DNA of 64,000 bases from an uncultured bacterium (GCA_964607485.1 CAZSKP010000001.1:1-64000), one strand, 5' to 3'. Counted from the stretch's first letter, positions 10,627-21,101 are shown. Numbers and translations are program-made. The notes: generated by a model not told the origin, from the letters alone.

Positions 10627-11571
10627 ATGAAAAAGACGCGATTGACGCAACTTCTTGGGACGGAATATCCGGTCATTCAGGGCGGCATGGTGTGGGTATC
10701 GGACTGGCGGCTTGCGGCGGCTGTCTCGAATGCGGGCGGGCTGGGCCAGGTCGGCAGCGGCTCGATGGACTGGGACCAGATTCGGGATAATATCCGAAAG
10801 GCGCGTGAGAACACCGACAAGCCGTGGGGACTCAACATCCCGATGATGAGGCCCGATTTCGAGGATATATGCAAGATAGCCCTGGAGGAAGGCGTGCGCA
10901 TCTTCACCACGTCGGCGGGCAATCCGATGAAGGCCGCGCCGCTGTTGAAGCGCGACGACACGACTATCATCCACGTCGTCCCGTCGATCAAGGGCGCGAA
11001 GAAGGCCGAGGACGCCGGCTTCGACGCTATCGTGTGCGAGGGCTACGAGGCCGGCGGACACAACGGGATGGACGAGACAACCACCGTCGCACTTGTGCCG
11101 CAGGTCGTGGACGCCGTCAGCATCCCGGTCGCCGCAGCGGGCGGCATCGCCGACGGCAGGGGAATAGCCGCCGCGCTCGCGCTGGGCGCCGACGGTGTGC
11201 AGATGGGCACGCGCTTCGTGGCGACGGTGGAATGTCCCGCTCACGAAAATTTCAAGCGCAAGCTTGTCGAGACGCCGGACACAGGCTCCATCATCACGGG
11301 CCGCAAAGTGAACATGCTCAGGTCTCTCAAGAACGATTTCACGCTGCGAATGGCCGCCGCCGAGCGTGACGGCGCCACCGCGGAGGAGCTGTTCAAGATC
11401 GTCGGCGACGAGCACAACCGCGCCGAGCTGGGCATGGTGAAGGGCGATGTGAACGAAGGCGTGCTCGAGGCGGGCGAATCGTCGGGCCTGGTCCACGACA
11501 TACCGACCGTGGCGGAACTGTTCAAGAGGCTGAAGGAAGAGTACGATAAGGCGGTAAGCAGGCTAGCGTGA
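10627..11571 (+). CDS. Nitronate monooxygenase family / FabK-like enoyl-ACP reductase
   Basis: YPVIQGGM, EGYEAGGH, AAGGIADGRG and GVQMGTRF motifs; GGAGG RBS before ATG 10627. Confidence 0.9.
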   Translation: MKKTRLTQLLGTEYPVIQGGMVWVSDWRLAAAVSNAGGLGQVGSGSMDWDQIRDNIRKARENTDKPWGLNIPMMRPDFEDICKIALEEGVRIFTTSAGNPMKAAPLLKRDDTTIIHVVPSIKGAKKAEDAGFDAIVCEGYEAGGHNGMDETTTVALVPQVVDAVSIPVAAAGGIADGRGIAAALALGADGVQMGTRFVATVECPAHENFKRKLVETPDTGSIITGRKVNMLRSLKNDFTLRMAAAERDGATAEELFKIVGDEHNRAELGMVKGDVNEGVLEAGESSGLVHDIPTVAELFKRLKEEYDKAVSRLA

Positions 11572-11636
11572 GGCGTTTGCCAAAGCGGTGCAAACTGGAT
11601 ACCAACTGCAGGAGGTTTACTCCGGGAAGCAGAAAT

Positions 11637-11664
11637 GTAGGGGCGCACGGCCGTGCGCCCCTGC
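11637..11664 (+). repeat. GTAG-type REP palindrome upstream of RAYT
   Basis: GTAGGGGCGCACGGCCGTGCGCCCCTGC. Confidence 0.85.
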
Positions 11665-11692
11665 ATTATTATGATGCTGTGAGACAGTGTGT

Positions 11693-12256
11693 ATGGTAAA
11701 TCTTTCAAGATATCACCGACGCTCCATTCGGCTGAAGGAGTTCGATTATTCCCGGGCGGGTATGTATTTCATAACGATTTGCACGCGCAAGGGGAAGTTA
11801 TTATTTGGAAATATTGTGGACGGCGAGATGAGGCCGAATCGAATCGGTATGCTTGTTCAGGAAGAATGGCTGCGATCATCGGCAATTCGACGGGAGATTG
11901 AGTTGGACGCGTTCGTGGTAATGCCCAATCACATTCACGCGATAGTCGATATTCGCGAGGAAGATGTGTCCAGTGCTGTAGGGGCGCACGGCCGTGCGCC
12001 CCTACAACGGAAACCGAGGTCATTAAGCTCGCTCGTTGCCGGTTTTAAATCCGCCGTCACCAAACGCGTTAATGAAATACGAAAGATGCCCGGCATTTCA
12101 GTCTGGCAACGTAACTACTACGAGCATGTCGTGCGCAGTAACGCGGAGTTGGACAGAATTAGGGAGTACGTTCTGGCCAACCCGCTGCGGTGGGAGTTGG
12201 ACAGAGAGAATCCCGCGGCCCCACTTGTCAAGAGCGAGGAGCCGTGGCAGATATGA
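11693..12256 (+). mobile_element. REP-associated tyrosine (HUH/Y1) transposase, RAYT/TnpA-REP (IS200/IS605 superfamily)
   Basis: RRSIRL..FDY, YFITICT, HUH motif MPNHIH, WQRNYYEH, catalytic Tyr in REYVLANP; associated REPs. Confidence 0.92.
11978..12005 (+). repeat. REP copy embedded in frame within the RAYT gene
   Basis: Perfect 28-bp palindrome GTAGGGGCGCACGGCCGTGCGCCCCTAC, encoding VGAHGRAPL. Confidence 0.85.
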
Positions 12257-12332
12257 CTCCTGCCGGGCGGATGCCGCCGGTGTTCCAGACCCAATGAATC
12301 TGGGGCCTCGCGGCCCACAATCGGCCCGCCAG

Positions 12333-13319
12333 TCACCCGCACACGTTGCGAAAGACGCGGAGAAAATTCTTGTGTGAGATGGCGTCGATGTCCGCGCGTG
12401 AAAAGCCCGCCTTCCGAAACGCGGCGATCAGCCTGCCCATCTTGCCTATGTGTTCCAGCCCCGCGGGCAGCATCTGCGTTCCGTCGAAATCCGACCCGAT
12501 TGCAAGCGTCTTCGTGCCGCCCACTTCCGCTATGTGACGCGCATGTTCCACCACGTCGTCGAGCGACGCCTCGCCCGAATCGTTCAGGAAACCGCTGACA
12601 AAGTTCAATCCGACGAACCCGCCCCGGTCGGCTATCGCCTTTATCTGCGCGTCGGTGAGATTGCGCGGGCTCTTGCAAACGCTGAACGCGTTCGAATGAG
12701 TGGCCACGATGGGGCCCGATGCAGCTTCGGCGACCTGCCAAAACGTTCTCTCGTTCAGGTGAGAGACATCGATGATGATGCCCAGCCGTTCCATCTCGCG
12801 GATCGTGTCGCGCCCGAAGGAGGTAAGCCCGCGCCTGGCATTGGGCCTGCCGACGCCGTCTCCGAGCCGGTTGCGGTGGTTCCACGCAATGCTCATCAGT
12901 CGAACGCCCAGCCGGTGGAAATTGCGCAGGTGGGCGAGATCGTTCCCGATGGCGATCCCGTTCTCTATCCCCAGGACCATTGCGGTTCTTCCGCTTTTGC
13001 GCGCCCGCGATATTCCACGCGTGTCGGTCACCAGCTCGAGCCAGTCGGAATTCTCACGCGCGCTCGCATGTGCGAGGTCTATCATCTTCAAGGTCCTGAG
13101 CGGAGGCGGGAGAGAGCGGTCGTAGTTCTCCGTGAACATCGCACACACAACGAGGCCGACAGCGCTTCGCCGGAGCCGCGCCGCCGTGACCTGTGAGTCG
13201 CGCGGAATCTCGGCGAGGCATTTCCAGCCGAACTTCAGCATCTTCGAGAGCGTGTCGATGTGCGCGTCGCAGACGAACTGTGTGTCTGCCCGGGAAGGTG
13301 AGGAGGAGGATTTCTTCAT
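12333..13319 (-). CDS. Membrane dipeptidase (peptidase M19)
   Basis: DAHIDT, GIENG, IDVSH, ATHSN, RNLTD and IGSDFDG motifs. Confidence 0.92.
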   Translation of the reverse strand: MKKSSSSPSRADTQFVCDAHIDTLSKMLKFGWKCLAEIPRDSQVTAARLRRSAVGLVVCAMFTENYDRSLPPPLRTLKMIDLAHASARENSDWLELVTDTRGISRARKSGRTAMVLGIENGIAIGNDLAHLRNFHRLGVRLMSIAWNHRNRLGDGVGRPNARRGLTSFGRDTIREMERLGIIIDVSHLNERTFWQVAEAASGPIVATHSNAFSVCKSPRNLTDAQIKAIADRGGFVGLNFVSGFLNDSGEASLDDVVEHARHIAEVGGTKTLAIGSDFDGTQMLPAGLEHIGKMGRLIAAFRKAGFSRADIDAISHKNFLRVFRNVCG

Positions 13320-14134
13320 CGTTTCGATTGTGGCGGGTTCGTCCCGCCGGTTTTGTCGCGGACGAATCTTTCGAACTCGTCGAAATATTCTTTGCCGCCG
13401 ACGAGGTACGTGTCGTTATGGTGCGCGCCGCGTATCGTATAGAATTGCTTTTCCGCTCCGGCCGCCTCGAAGAGCCGGCGACCGAACTCGTATGGGACGA
13501 TTTCATCCGCGTCGCCGTGTGTGAACAGGATCGGCGCGGAGACTGAGCCGATGCGGCCGATGGAATCAAACCTGTTCTTGAGGCTGCCCAGCCCAGGAAC
13601 AACCGGATAGTGCACGCGGGCCATGTCGGCCATGTTGGGGATCGCCGATTCGAGTATCGCGCCCGCGCACTCGTTGCGGGAGGTCACGTACACGGCCACC
13701 GAAGTGCCCAGGGAGCGGCCGAATACGATCATGTTCCCGGTGGCGACGCCGTCCCCGGACACAAGATAATCGTAGGCCGCCTGGCCGTCGGCGTATATTC
13801 CTTCCTCCGAGGGTATTCCCTCGCTCTTTCCATACCCGCGATAATCGACCATGAAAAGCGAGAGGCCGCGGTCGAACAACAGCTTGGCATTTTCCACGCG
13901 GTCGGCGATGTTGCCCGCGTTGCCGTGAAACCAGAGGACCACGGGAGCGTCTTGACCGGCCCTGATAAACCACGCATTCAATTTCACGCCGTCTGAGGCA
14001 TTGAAATAGACGTCCTCGAAGTCCATTCCCCAATCGGGCGGCGAAAAGGCGAGCGGCTTCACGGGGAAGAAAACGAAGTTGCGAATTATGAAATCTTCGA
14101 GCATGATCTTGCCTAAAATCGCGATTGTCAGCAC
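13316..14134 (-). CDS. Alpha/beta hydrolase (ABHD17/Bem46-like); start uncertain
   Basis: FHGNAGN, DYRGYGKS, nucleophile GRSLG, HGDADEIV and GAHHND. Confidence 0.9.
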   Translation of the reverse strand: MLTIAILGKIMLEDFIIRNFVFFPVKPLAFSPPDWGMDFEDVYFNASDGVKLNAWFIRAGQDAPVVLWFHGNAGNIADRVENAKLLFDRGLSLFMVDYRGYGKSEGIPSEEGIYADGQAAYDYLVSGDGVATGNMIVFGRSLGTSVAVYVTSRNECAGAILESAIPNMADMARVHYPVVPGLGSLKNRFDSIGRIGSVSAPILFTHGDADEIVPYEFGRRLFEAAGAEKQFYTIRGAHHNDTYLVGGKEYFDEFERFVRDKTGGTNPPQSKR

Positions 14135-14225
14135 GAACGCAATCGCGAAGACCGCAAGGAGCCAGCCCCGCAGACCGGGCCTGACCCTCCGCGAGCCCGC
14201 ATTATTCTCGTCAGCCGTCAGAGTG

Positions 14226-15767
14226 CTAACTTCCCTCGCTGCTGTGTTGTTTCTTCAGGTGCTTCTTCAGCGTTTTGCCGATTATGTTCTTCGGAAGCTC
14301 GTCGATGAACTCTACGTAACGCGGGACCTTGAATGAGGCCAGGTGTTCCTTGCAGAACCGGCGCACGTCCTCCTCGTTCATCTCCTCGCCGGACTTGAGG
14401 ACGACGTACGCCTTCACCTCCTCGCCCATCATGTCGTCGGGCACGCCGACGACGGCCGCCTCGAGTATCTTCGGATGCGAGTACAGCAGATTATCTATTT
14501 CCTTCGGATATATATTCTCGCCGCCGCGGATGATCATCTCTTTCTTTCTGTCCACGATGAAAAAATAGCCTTCATCGTCCATGTAGGCCATGTCGCCCGT
14601 GCGCAGCCAGCCGTCGCGCAGCGTTTCGGCGTTGGCGTCGGGCTTGCGCAAATAGCCCTTCATGACGGTACCGCCGCGGATGCACAGCTCGCCGACCTCG
14701 CCCGGCGGAAGCTCAGCGCCGTCCTCGTCAAAAATCTTTATTTCCTGGCCGGGAAACGGTTTTCCGATCGAGCCGATCTTTCGTTTCCCACGAACCGGAT
14801 TGATGGAGCTCGCGACGGTCGCCTCGGTGAGACCGTAGCCCTCGACGATTTTGACGCCGAACGTCTCCTCGAACTTGCGGAACGTTTCGACCGGCATCGG
14901 CGCAGCTCCGCAGATGCCGAATTTGACCGACGAGAGGTCGCGCCCGTTGGCCGTTTCGGGAATCTGCAGCAGGATGTTGTAAACCGCCGGCACTGCGCTC
15001 CAGAAACTCACGCGGTATTTTTCGACAACCTCCCAAAATTCCGACGCAGAGAAACCCTGTCTGAGCACGATTTTCACGCCGCCGTTGAATCCGGAAATGC
15101 ATGAGAACATCGCGTTGACATGAAATATGGGAAGAAAGATGAGGCCGACCTCCTCGCCTTTCTGGAACTCGAACCCCTGCTCGAGGCTGGTGATGGCATA
15201 GAGCGAGTTGTGGTGAGTCAGGAGCACTCCCTTCGGATTCCCGGTCGTGCCCGAGGTATAGAAGATGAACGCCTCGTCTTCTGCGTCAATCTGCGTTTCG
15301 GGAAGCACGTCCGAGGCTTCCGCGATAGCCTTGTCGAATGAGATATGTTCCGGCTTCGGCTCGTCGCCGATTTCGATGATGGTGTTCAGGTGAGGACAAT
15401 CGGCGCGTATCTGCTCGATGTTGGAAACATAGCACGACTCGACGACGAGCGTGCCCGCCATCGAATCGTTGAGCAGGTATTGGATTTCCGGCGGCTGCCA
15501 CCAGCAGTTTATCGGCCCGCCGATTGCGCCTATCTTCACGATGCCGAAATATGCGGCCAGCGCCTTGGGCGAGTTGTTGGCATACACGCAGACGATGTCG
15601 CCCTTTCGTATTCCCAATTTCAGGAGCGCGTTGGCGAACCGATTCACTCGAAGGTCGAACTCCCGGAAGGATATGTCTCGGTCGTAAAAAGCGAGGAACG
15701 TCTTGTCTCCGTATTCCGCCGCCCTTTTCTCGAACATGTCGCGCAGGTTTGCGAATCCTATTTTCAT
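14226..15767 (-). CDS. Long-chain-fatty-acid--CoA ligase (AMP-binding)
   Basis: YTSGTTGNPKG, EGYGLTE, TGD, IRGGENIYP and LPKN..GK motifs. Confidence 0.93.
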   Translation of the reverse strand: MKIGFANLRDMFEKRAAEYGDKTFLAFYDRDISFREFDLRVNRFANALLKLGIRKGDIVCVYANNSPKALAAYFGIVKIGAIGGPINCWWQPPEIQYLLNDSMAGTLVVESCYVSNIEQIRADCPHLNTIIEIGDEPKPEHISFDKAIAEASDVLPETQIDAEDEAFIFYTSGTTGNPKGVLLTHHNSLYAITSLEQGFEFQKGEEVGLIFLPIFHVNAMFSCISGFNGGVKIVLRQGFSASEFWEVVEKYRVSFWSAVPAVYNILLQIPETANGRDLSSVKFGICGAAPMPVETFRKFEETFGVKIVEGYGLTEATVASSINPVRGKRKIGSIGKPFPGQEIKIFDEDGAELPPGEVGELCIRGGTVMKGYLRKPDANAETLRDGWLRTGDMAYMDDEGYFFIVDRKKEMIIRGGENIYPKEIDNLLYSHPKILEAAVVGVPDDMMGEEVKAYVVLKSGEEMNEEDVRRFCKEHLASFKVPRYVEFIDELPKNIIGKTLKKHLKKQHSSEGS

Positions 15768-16741
15768 AACGGTGCTTCTCCCTTTTTCTCCTGTTCCGAA
15801 ACCTCTTTCGGTTTGCCCTCGGGCTTCTTTATCTCAGCAGACCCCTGCAGAGGACCCCGCTTCACCAGCTCGACATACTTCGGCTCGTTTCTTATGTTGT
15901 CCAGGTCTGTATCCTTGCTCATGTGTTTGAAGTCGGAGAAGCCGTTGTCAATCGCGCGCTCCAGCCACTTCAGCGCGGGCGCGGGCTTGTTCTGGAGCGA
16001 ATAGACGCACGCGATGTTATACATCGAGTTGTAATCCGAAGGGTCGAGGTCGACGGCGGTCTTCAGTTCGGCCAAGGCATGGATGTAGAGTTTCTTCTCG
16101 AAGTAGCACATGCCGAGCAGCGCATGGACGGGCGCATAATCGGGGAACAATCTCTTGCCGGTCTTAAGAGTCTCTATTGCCTTGTCGTAATCCTTCTCAT
16201 TGTGGTAAACCCATCCGAGCAGATAGTAGGCGTTTGCGTTGTGAGAGTCCATACCGATGGATTTGGTGAGATATTTTTCCGCGGTTTTCGTATCCTCTTC
16301 GTTTACCGCGATCGCTCCGAGCAAGAAGTAGCCGCCCGCCAGCTCGGGCGAAAGCGAGATAGCTTTCTGGGCCGCTTCGCGCGCGCCCTGCATGTCGCCG
16401 CGGTGCAGCTTTATCGTGCCCAGGTCGTAATAGGCCACGGCCAGCTTGGGAGAGAGAGCGATGAGACGATCGACGGTTTTCTCGGCCTCGTCATACTTTT
16501 CGGCTGCGATGTATGCCCTCGCCAGACCACGCACGGCGAGGATATTCTTCGGCTGGAGCTCGACGGCTTTCCTCGTCTGCGCAACCGCTCCGTTGGTATC
16601 GCCCTCATTCAACAATTTCTGCGCCACGGCCAGATGATAGAAAGCCTTGCCCTTGGGCAGCAGAAAGATGCCAAACGAGGCAACCAGAAGCAAAACCAAG
16701 AGTGCGCCGAATGTAATATAATAAACTTTTCTTGTCATCAC
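15764..16741 (-). CDS. Membrane-anchored TPR protein
   Basis: N-terminal TM, multiple TPR repeats, C-terminal YNIACVYS...DTDLDNIR. Confidence 0.88.
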   Translation of the reverse strand: MMTRKVYYITFGALLVLLLVASFGIFLLPKGKAFYHLAVAQKLLNEGDTNGAVAQTRKAVELQPKNILAVRGLARAYIAAEKYDEAEKTVDRLIALSPKLAVAYYDLGTIKLHRGDMQGAREAAQKAISLSPELAGGYFLLGAIAVNEEDTKTAEKYLTKSIGMDSHNANAYYLLGWVYHNEKDYDKAIETLKTGKRLFPDYAPVHALLGMCYFEKKLYIHALAELKTAVDLDPSDYNSMYNIACVYSLQNKPAPALKWLERAIDNGFSDFKHMSKDTDLDNIRNEPKYVELVKRGPLQGSAEIKKPEGKPKEVSEQEKKGEAPL

Positions 16742-16766
16742 GGTGAAGAGTCTCTCTGCGCCGCTT

Positions 16767-17321
16767 TCAAGCCCTCACACCTTCCAATTCGAGCAGTTTC
16801 CTCTTCAGGTCCAGCGCCCTCAATCCGCCCGCGAAACCGCATAGGCCCCCCGATGAGCCGAGCACGCGATGGCACGGAATGATGATGGGAGCAGGGTTGC
16901 GCGCCATCACCTGGCCCGCCGCCCGGGCGGCCCGGGGGCTGTCGGCGCGTTCAGCCAGCCACGCATACGTGCGTGTTCGCGCGTATGGAATGCTTGCGGC
17001 GGCTTTCAACACTCTTTTCTGAAATGGGGTGCAGCCGTCCAGGTCGGGAGAGAAGCTGAATTTCTTGCGCTTTCCCGCGAAGTATTCGCGCAGCTCCGAG
17101 ACTATCTCACCAACCGACTCGTTGGAGCGGCGGAGGGGCCTCGAAGTTCGAGCCGATAATTCCGTCAAGAAGTCGTCCTCGCTCTTCGACGTGAAGCTGA
17201 GGGCGGCCACTTTCTCGCCGCTGAGCGCCACGTACACAGCGCCGATAGGCGAGTCGAACGCTCCGTAAAACAATATGCCGCCATGCTTCGCCCCGCGAGG
17301 CTTTTTCTCCCTTAGCTTCAT
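16767..17321 (-). CDS. ogt: Methylated-DNA--protein-cysteine methyltransferase
   Basis: TPFQKRV, ARAAGQVMARNP, active-site IPCHRV. Confidence 0.93.
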   Translation of the reverse strand: MKLREKKPRGAKHGGILFYGAFDSPIGAVYVALSGEKVAALSFTSKSEDDFLTELSARTSRPLRRSNESVGEIVSELREYFAGKRKKFSFSPDLDGCTPFQKRVLKAAASIPYARTRTYAWLAERADSPRAARAAGQVMARNPAPIIIPCHRVLGSSGGLCGFAGGLRALDLKRKLLELEGVRA

Positions 17322-17473
17322 TCCGACCCCCGGTTCAGTGGTAAAGCATCGTCATGATTCATTCAGGTAAAACCCATATTAGAACAGAACGACGGGGCAA
17401 GTCAATGATAAACTGTTTCGGTTTGATCTTTGTCCGGGGCGCTTTTCCTCCCCGTCCCGTGTCAAATTTTTCA

Positions 17474-17502
17474 TTGACGCGTTTCCGCGATTGGAGTAAA
17501 AT
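17474..17502 (+). promoter_or_regulatory. Putative sigma70 promoter of the helicase/nuclease pair
   Basis: TTGACG-N17-TAAAAT. Confidence 0.55.
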
Positions 17503-17570
17503 CAGACAAAGATGTTCGATTATTGAGAGCGGAAGGAATTCGGCGCATCCCCAGTGGTGAGGTTTCTTCA

Positions 17571-19847
17571 TTGAATCTGGAACAGGTGCTCGACAGCGTC
17601 AGAAGCTCGCGGGACTTCATGGGGTGTGTGACCGAATGGCGCGAGCTCCCGCCGCGCGAGGCCATTCTCGAGGATTTTCCGAAGTGGACGGACGAGCGTC
17701 TCAAGAACGTGCTACGCGAGCGGGGTATCGGGAAACTCTATTCGCATCAGCGCAGTTCGCTCGACAGGCTCAAAGCGGGCGAAAGCGTCGTCATCGTCAC
17801 TCCGACGGCCTCGGGGAAAACCCTCTGCTACAATCTGCCCATCCTCAACACGCTTCTCTCCGACAGAGAGGCGCGGGCGCTGTACCTTTTCCCGACGAAG
17901 GCGTTGTCGCAGGACCAGGTGGCCGAGTTGCACGCGCTCGTGACGGCGCTGGGCGAAGACATACGCACGTACACCTACGACGGCGACACGCCCACGTCGG
18001 CGCGGAAGGCCATCAGGCATTCAGGCCACATAGTGGTCACCAACCCCGACATGCTTCACACGGGCATATTGCCCCACCACACGAAGTGGATCAAGCTGTT
18101 CGAGAAGCTGCGGTACGTCGTGATAGACGAGCTCCACCACTATCGCGGCGTCTTCGGCAGCCACGTCGCAAACGTGCTCCGGCGCCTGCGGAGGCTGTGC
18201 GAGTTCTACAATTCCTCGCCGCAGTTCATCTGCTGTTCGGCCACCATAGCCAATCCCGCCGAACTCGCCGAGAAAATCGTCGGCCGGCCCGTCTCGCTCG
18301 TTGACAACAACGGCTCGCCCTCGGGCCGCAAGCATTTCGTCCTTTACAATCCTCCCGTTGTGAACCGCGAGTTGGGCATCAGGCGGTCGGTCGTCTCCGA
18401 GTCGAGCGGGCTCGCGAAGAGGTTTCTCGACAAGGACATCCAGACGATCGTTTTCGGACGCAGCCGGTTGCGTGTCGAGATACTCGTCACGTACCTGAAG
18501 GAAGCGGCGTGCAAGATGCGCAAGTCGGACAGTCTTGTCCGGGGCTATCGCGGCGGCTATCTGCCCAACCAGCGGCGCGACATCGAGCGCGGCCTGCGCA
18601 GCGGCGACATCATGGCCGTCGTGAGCACGAACGCGCTCGAGCTGGGGATAGACATCGGCGAGCTCGACGTCAGCATCATGGCCGGTTATCCGGGAACCAT
18701 CGCGAGCGCGTGGCAGCAGGCGGGCCGAGCAGGCAGGCGCAACAAGGTCTCCGCCGCCGTGCTGGTGGCCAGCAGCGCGCCCATCGACCAGTTTCTCATC
18801 AACCATCCGGAATATTTCTTCTCGCAGCCGCCCGAGAACGGAATCATCGACCCGAACAATCTCGTCATCCTGATGAGCCACATCAAGTGCGCCGCGTTCG
18901 AGCTGCCGTTCCGCGACGGTGAGACGTTCGGCGTCGATTCGATCGATGAGATTCTCAGGTATCTGGAGGAGCATCACATTCTCCGCCACGTCGAGGGCCG
19001 GTGGCATTGGACGGCCGACGTGTACCCGGCCGAGGAGGTCAGCCTCAGGAGCGCCTCGCCGGAGAACGTCGTGATAATAGACGTGACCGACAACGCCAGC
19101 GTCATCGGAGAGGTGGACCTCCACAGCGCGCCGCTGATTGTGTATGAAGGCGCGATATACATCCACGAAAGCCGGCAGTACGCGATCGAGCAATTCGATT
19201 ATGAAAACCAGAAGGCGTACGGGCGCGAGGTGGACGTGGACTATTACACCGACGCGGAGTCGAAGACGGACATCAAGGTGCTCGACGTGGCGGCCCAGAC
19301 CGACCTGGCGCGGGGCAGCAAGGCGCACGGCGAGGTGAGCGTCACGACCCTGCCCGTGATGTACAAGAAGATTAAGTTTCACACCCACGAGAACATCGGC
19401 AGCGGACGCATTCATCTGCCCGAGCAGGAAATGCACACGACGTCATACTGGATGGACTTCCGGCCCGACGCGGTCGAGAACGCCGGCATCGCGCAGGCCG
19501 ACCTCGGCGGCGGATTGAAGGCGCTGTCGAACGTGTTGGTCAACGTGGCGCCGATTTACATCATGTGCGACCCGAACGATATTCGCTCGGTCAGCATGGT
19601 TCGTGCGCCTTTCAATCAACGCCCGACGATATACATCTACGACAACTATCCCGGCGGCGTGGGCTTCAGCCAAAAAATCTTCAGGCTGCACGACACGCTG
19701 CTCGAGGTCGCGCGCGAATTGATGACCCGGTGCGGATGCGAGAACGGATGCCCCTCCTGCGCGGGGCCGCCGCTCGAGGTGGGCGAGACGGGAAAGAAGA
19801 GCGCGCTGAAACTCGTGGAGATAGCGCTGGCGGGGTCGGCCCGATGA
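17571..19847 (+). CDS. DEAD/DEAH-box helicase with C-terminal DUF1998 (MrfA/YprA, Hrq1-like)
   Basis: PTASGKTLCY, FPTKAL, DELHHY, SAT, ALELGIDIG, C-terminal C-x-C-xx-GCPSC; TTG start after GAGG chosen. Confidence 0.93.
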   Translation: MNLEQVLDSVRSSRDFMGCVTEWRELPPREAILEDFPKWTDERLKNVLRERGIGKLYSHQRSSLDRLKAGESVVIVTPTASGKTLCYNLPILNTLLSDREARALYLFPTKALSQDQVAELHALVTALGEDIRTYTYDGDTPTSARKAIRHSGHIVVTNPDMLHTGILPHHTKWIKLFEKLRYVVIDELHHYRGVFGSHVANVLRRLRRLCEFYNSSPQFICCSATIANPAELAEKIVGRPVSLVDNNGSPSGRKHFVLYNPPVVNRELGIRRSVVSESSGLAKRFLDKDIQTIVFGRSRLRVEILVTYLKEAACKMRKSDSLVRGYRGGYLPNQRRDIERGLRSGDIMAVVSTNALELGIDIGELDVSIMAGYPGTIASAWQQAGRAGRRNKVSAAVLVASSAPIDQFLINHPEYFFSQPPENGIIDPNNLVILMSHIKCAAFELPFRDGETFGVDSIDEILRYLEEHHILRHVEGRWHWTADVYPAEEVSLRSASPENVVIIDVTDNASVIGEVDLHSAPLIVYEGAIYIHESRQYAIEQFDYENQKAYGREVDVDYYTDAESKTDIKVLDVAAQTDLARGSKAHGEVSVTTLPVMYKKIKFHTHENIGSGRIHLPEQEMHTTSYWMDFRPDAVENAGIAQADLGGGLKALSNVLVNVAPIYIMCDPNDIRSVSMVRAPFNQRPTIYIYDNYPGGVGFSQKIFRLHDTLLEVARELMTRCGCENGCPSCAGPPLEVGETGKKSALKLVEIALAGSAR

Positions 19848-21058
19848 ACCTCAGGGACAAGCTCGACAGGTACGCCTCCGGCCCGACGCGCGCGCCGACG
19901 CGGCCCGAGCCGCAGGCTTCTCCCTCCCTCTCGGCGGAGTACGAACACCGCGTGAGCGTTTTCCCACCCCATCACCGGCACGGAGTTCTCGGCGTCGATT
20001 CTCTCGGTGGCAGTTTTCCGAATGCGGCGCGGATGCTGACCCGGAGCGCCGCGAGTGATGCGCTGGATTTTGAGCGGATAGCGTTTGTAGACACCGAGAC
20101 CACCGGCCTGTCGGGCGGCGCGGGAGTGTGCGCCTTCCTGGTGGGCGTCGGATACCGCACCTCCGCCGGGTTCGTCGTCGAGCAGTTTCTTATGAACGAT
20201 TTTCCCGCCGAGCCGCACATGCTGCGCAAGGTGTGCGAGACGCTGGAAGGATTCGACTTCATCGCGAGCTACAACGGCCGCGCGTTCGACATTCCTATTC
20301 TCGACGGGCGCCTGCTCCTGAACGGCATTCGCACGAGGCTGGCCGACAGGCCGCATCTCGACCTGCTCCATCCGGCGCGGCGCCTGTGGAAGCACCGGCT
20401 GGGCGATTGCAGCCTCAAGTCGGTTGAGGAGCGGACGCTGGGCCACACGCGTGTGGACGATATCGATGGATGGATGATACCGGAGGCGTATTTCCGATAC
20501 CTTCGGGAAGGCGACAGGGATTCGCTCGAACAGGTCGTGCGACACAACACGCTGGATGTCCTCTCGCTTGCGTGCGTGGCGCACATGGTCTTCAGCGCAG
20601 TCGATTGCCCGCACGATGCGCCGCTCCGGCACGGGCCGGACTGGTATGGGCTCGGCACGCTGTTTGAACAACGCGGCCGGACGGAAGAGGCGGCGCATTG
20701 CTTCGAGCGTGCGATGGCGGTGGGGCTGTCGGAAGACCTGAAGCACCGCTGTTCCAGATTGCTGTCCCTCACGCATAAGAGAAGAGGCGATTGGGAGGAT
20801 GCCGTCCGATTGTGGCAAGAGGGCACGAAGACGGGCGAGAGTGCTCATCACACCCTTTTCGCGCTTGAGGAGCTGGCGAAATTCTATGAGCATCGACGGC
20901 GCGACCTTCGCTCCGCGCGCGAGGTCTGTCGCCGCGCTATTTCAATGCTCGAAATAAGAGCCGCACTTTCCGAGACAAACATGACCCGACACCTGGAGGA
21001 TTTCGAATACCGCTTGCGAAGGATAGAAAGGAAGATTCGAAGGCAAGGGAACGCGTAG
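19844..21058 (+). CDS. RNase H-like (DEDD) exonuclease with TPR (MrfB/YprB-like)
   Basis: FVDTETTGL, SYNGRAFD, HLDLL..ARRLW, HNTLDV, ELAKFYEH; coupled to the helicase (ATGA). Confidence 0.9.
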   Translation: MNLRDKLDRYASGPTRAPTRPEPQASPSLSAEYEHRVSVFPPHHRHGVLGVDSLGGSFPNAARMLTRSAASDALDFERIAFVDTETTGLSGGAGVCAFLVGVGYRTSAGFVVEQFLMNDFPAEPHMLRKVCETLEGFDFIASYNGRAFDIPILDGRLLLNGIRTRLADRPHLDLLHPARRLWKHRLGDCSLKSVEERTLGHTRVDDIDGWMIPEAYFRYLREGDRDSLEQVVRHNTLDVLSLACVAHMVFSAVDCPHDAPLRHGPDWYGLGTLFEQRGRTEEAAHCFERAMAVGLSEDLKHRCSRLLSLTHKRRGDWEDAVRLWQEGTKTGESAHHTLFALEELAKFYEHRRRDLRSAREVCRRAISMLEIRAALSETNMTRHLEDFEYRLRRIERKIRRQGNA

Positions 21059-21101
21059 GCAGGACGCTCTTTTCCATGTCGCTGCACATAGAGGAGGGGA
21101 C

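Noticed and set aside
19565-19843. N-terminal extension of the MrfB-like ORF
   Set aside because: Overlaps the helicase C-terminus; the coupled ATG at 19844 is more plausible.
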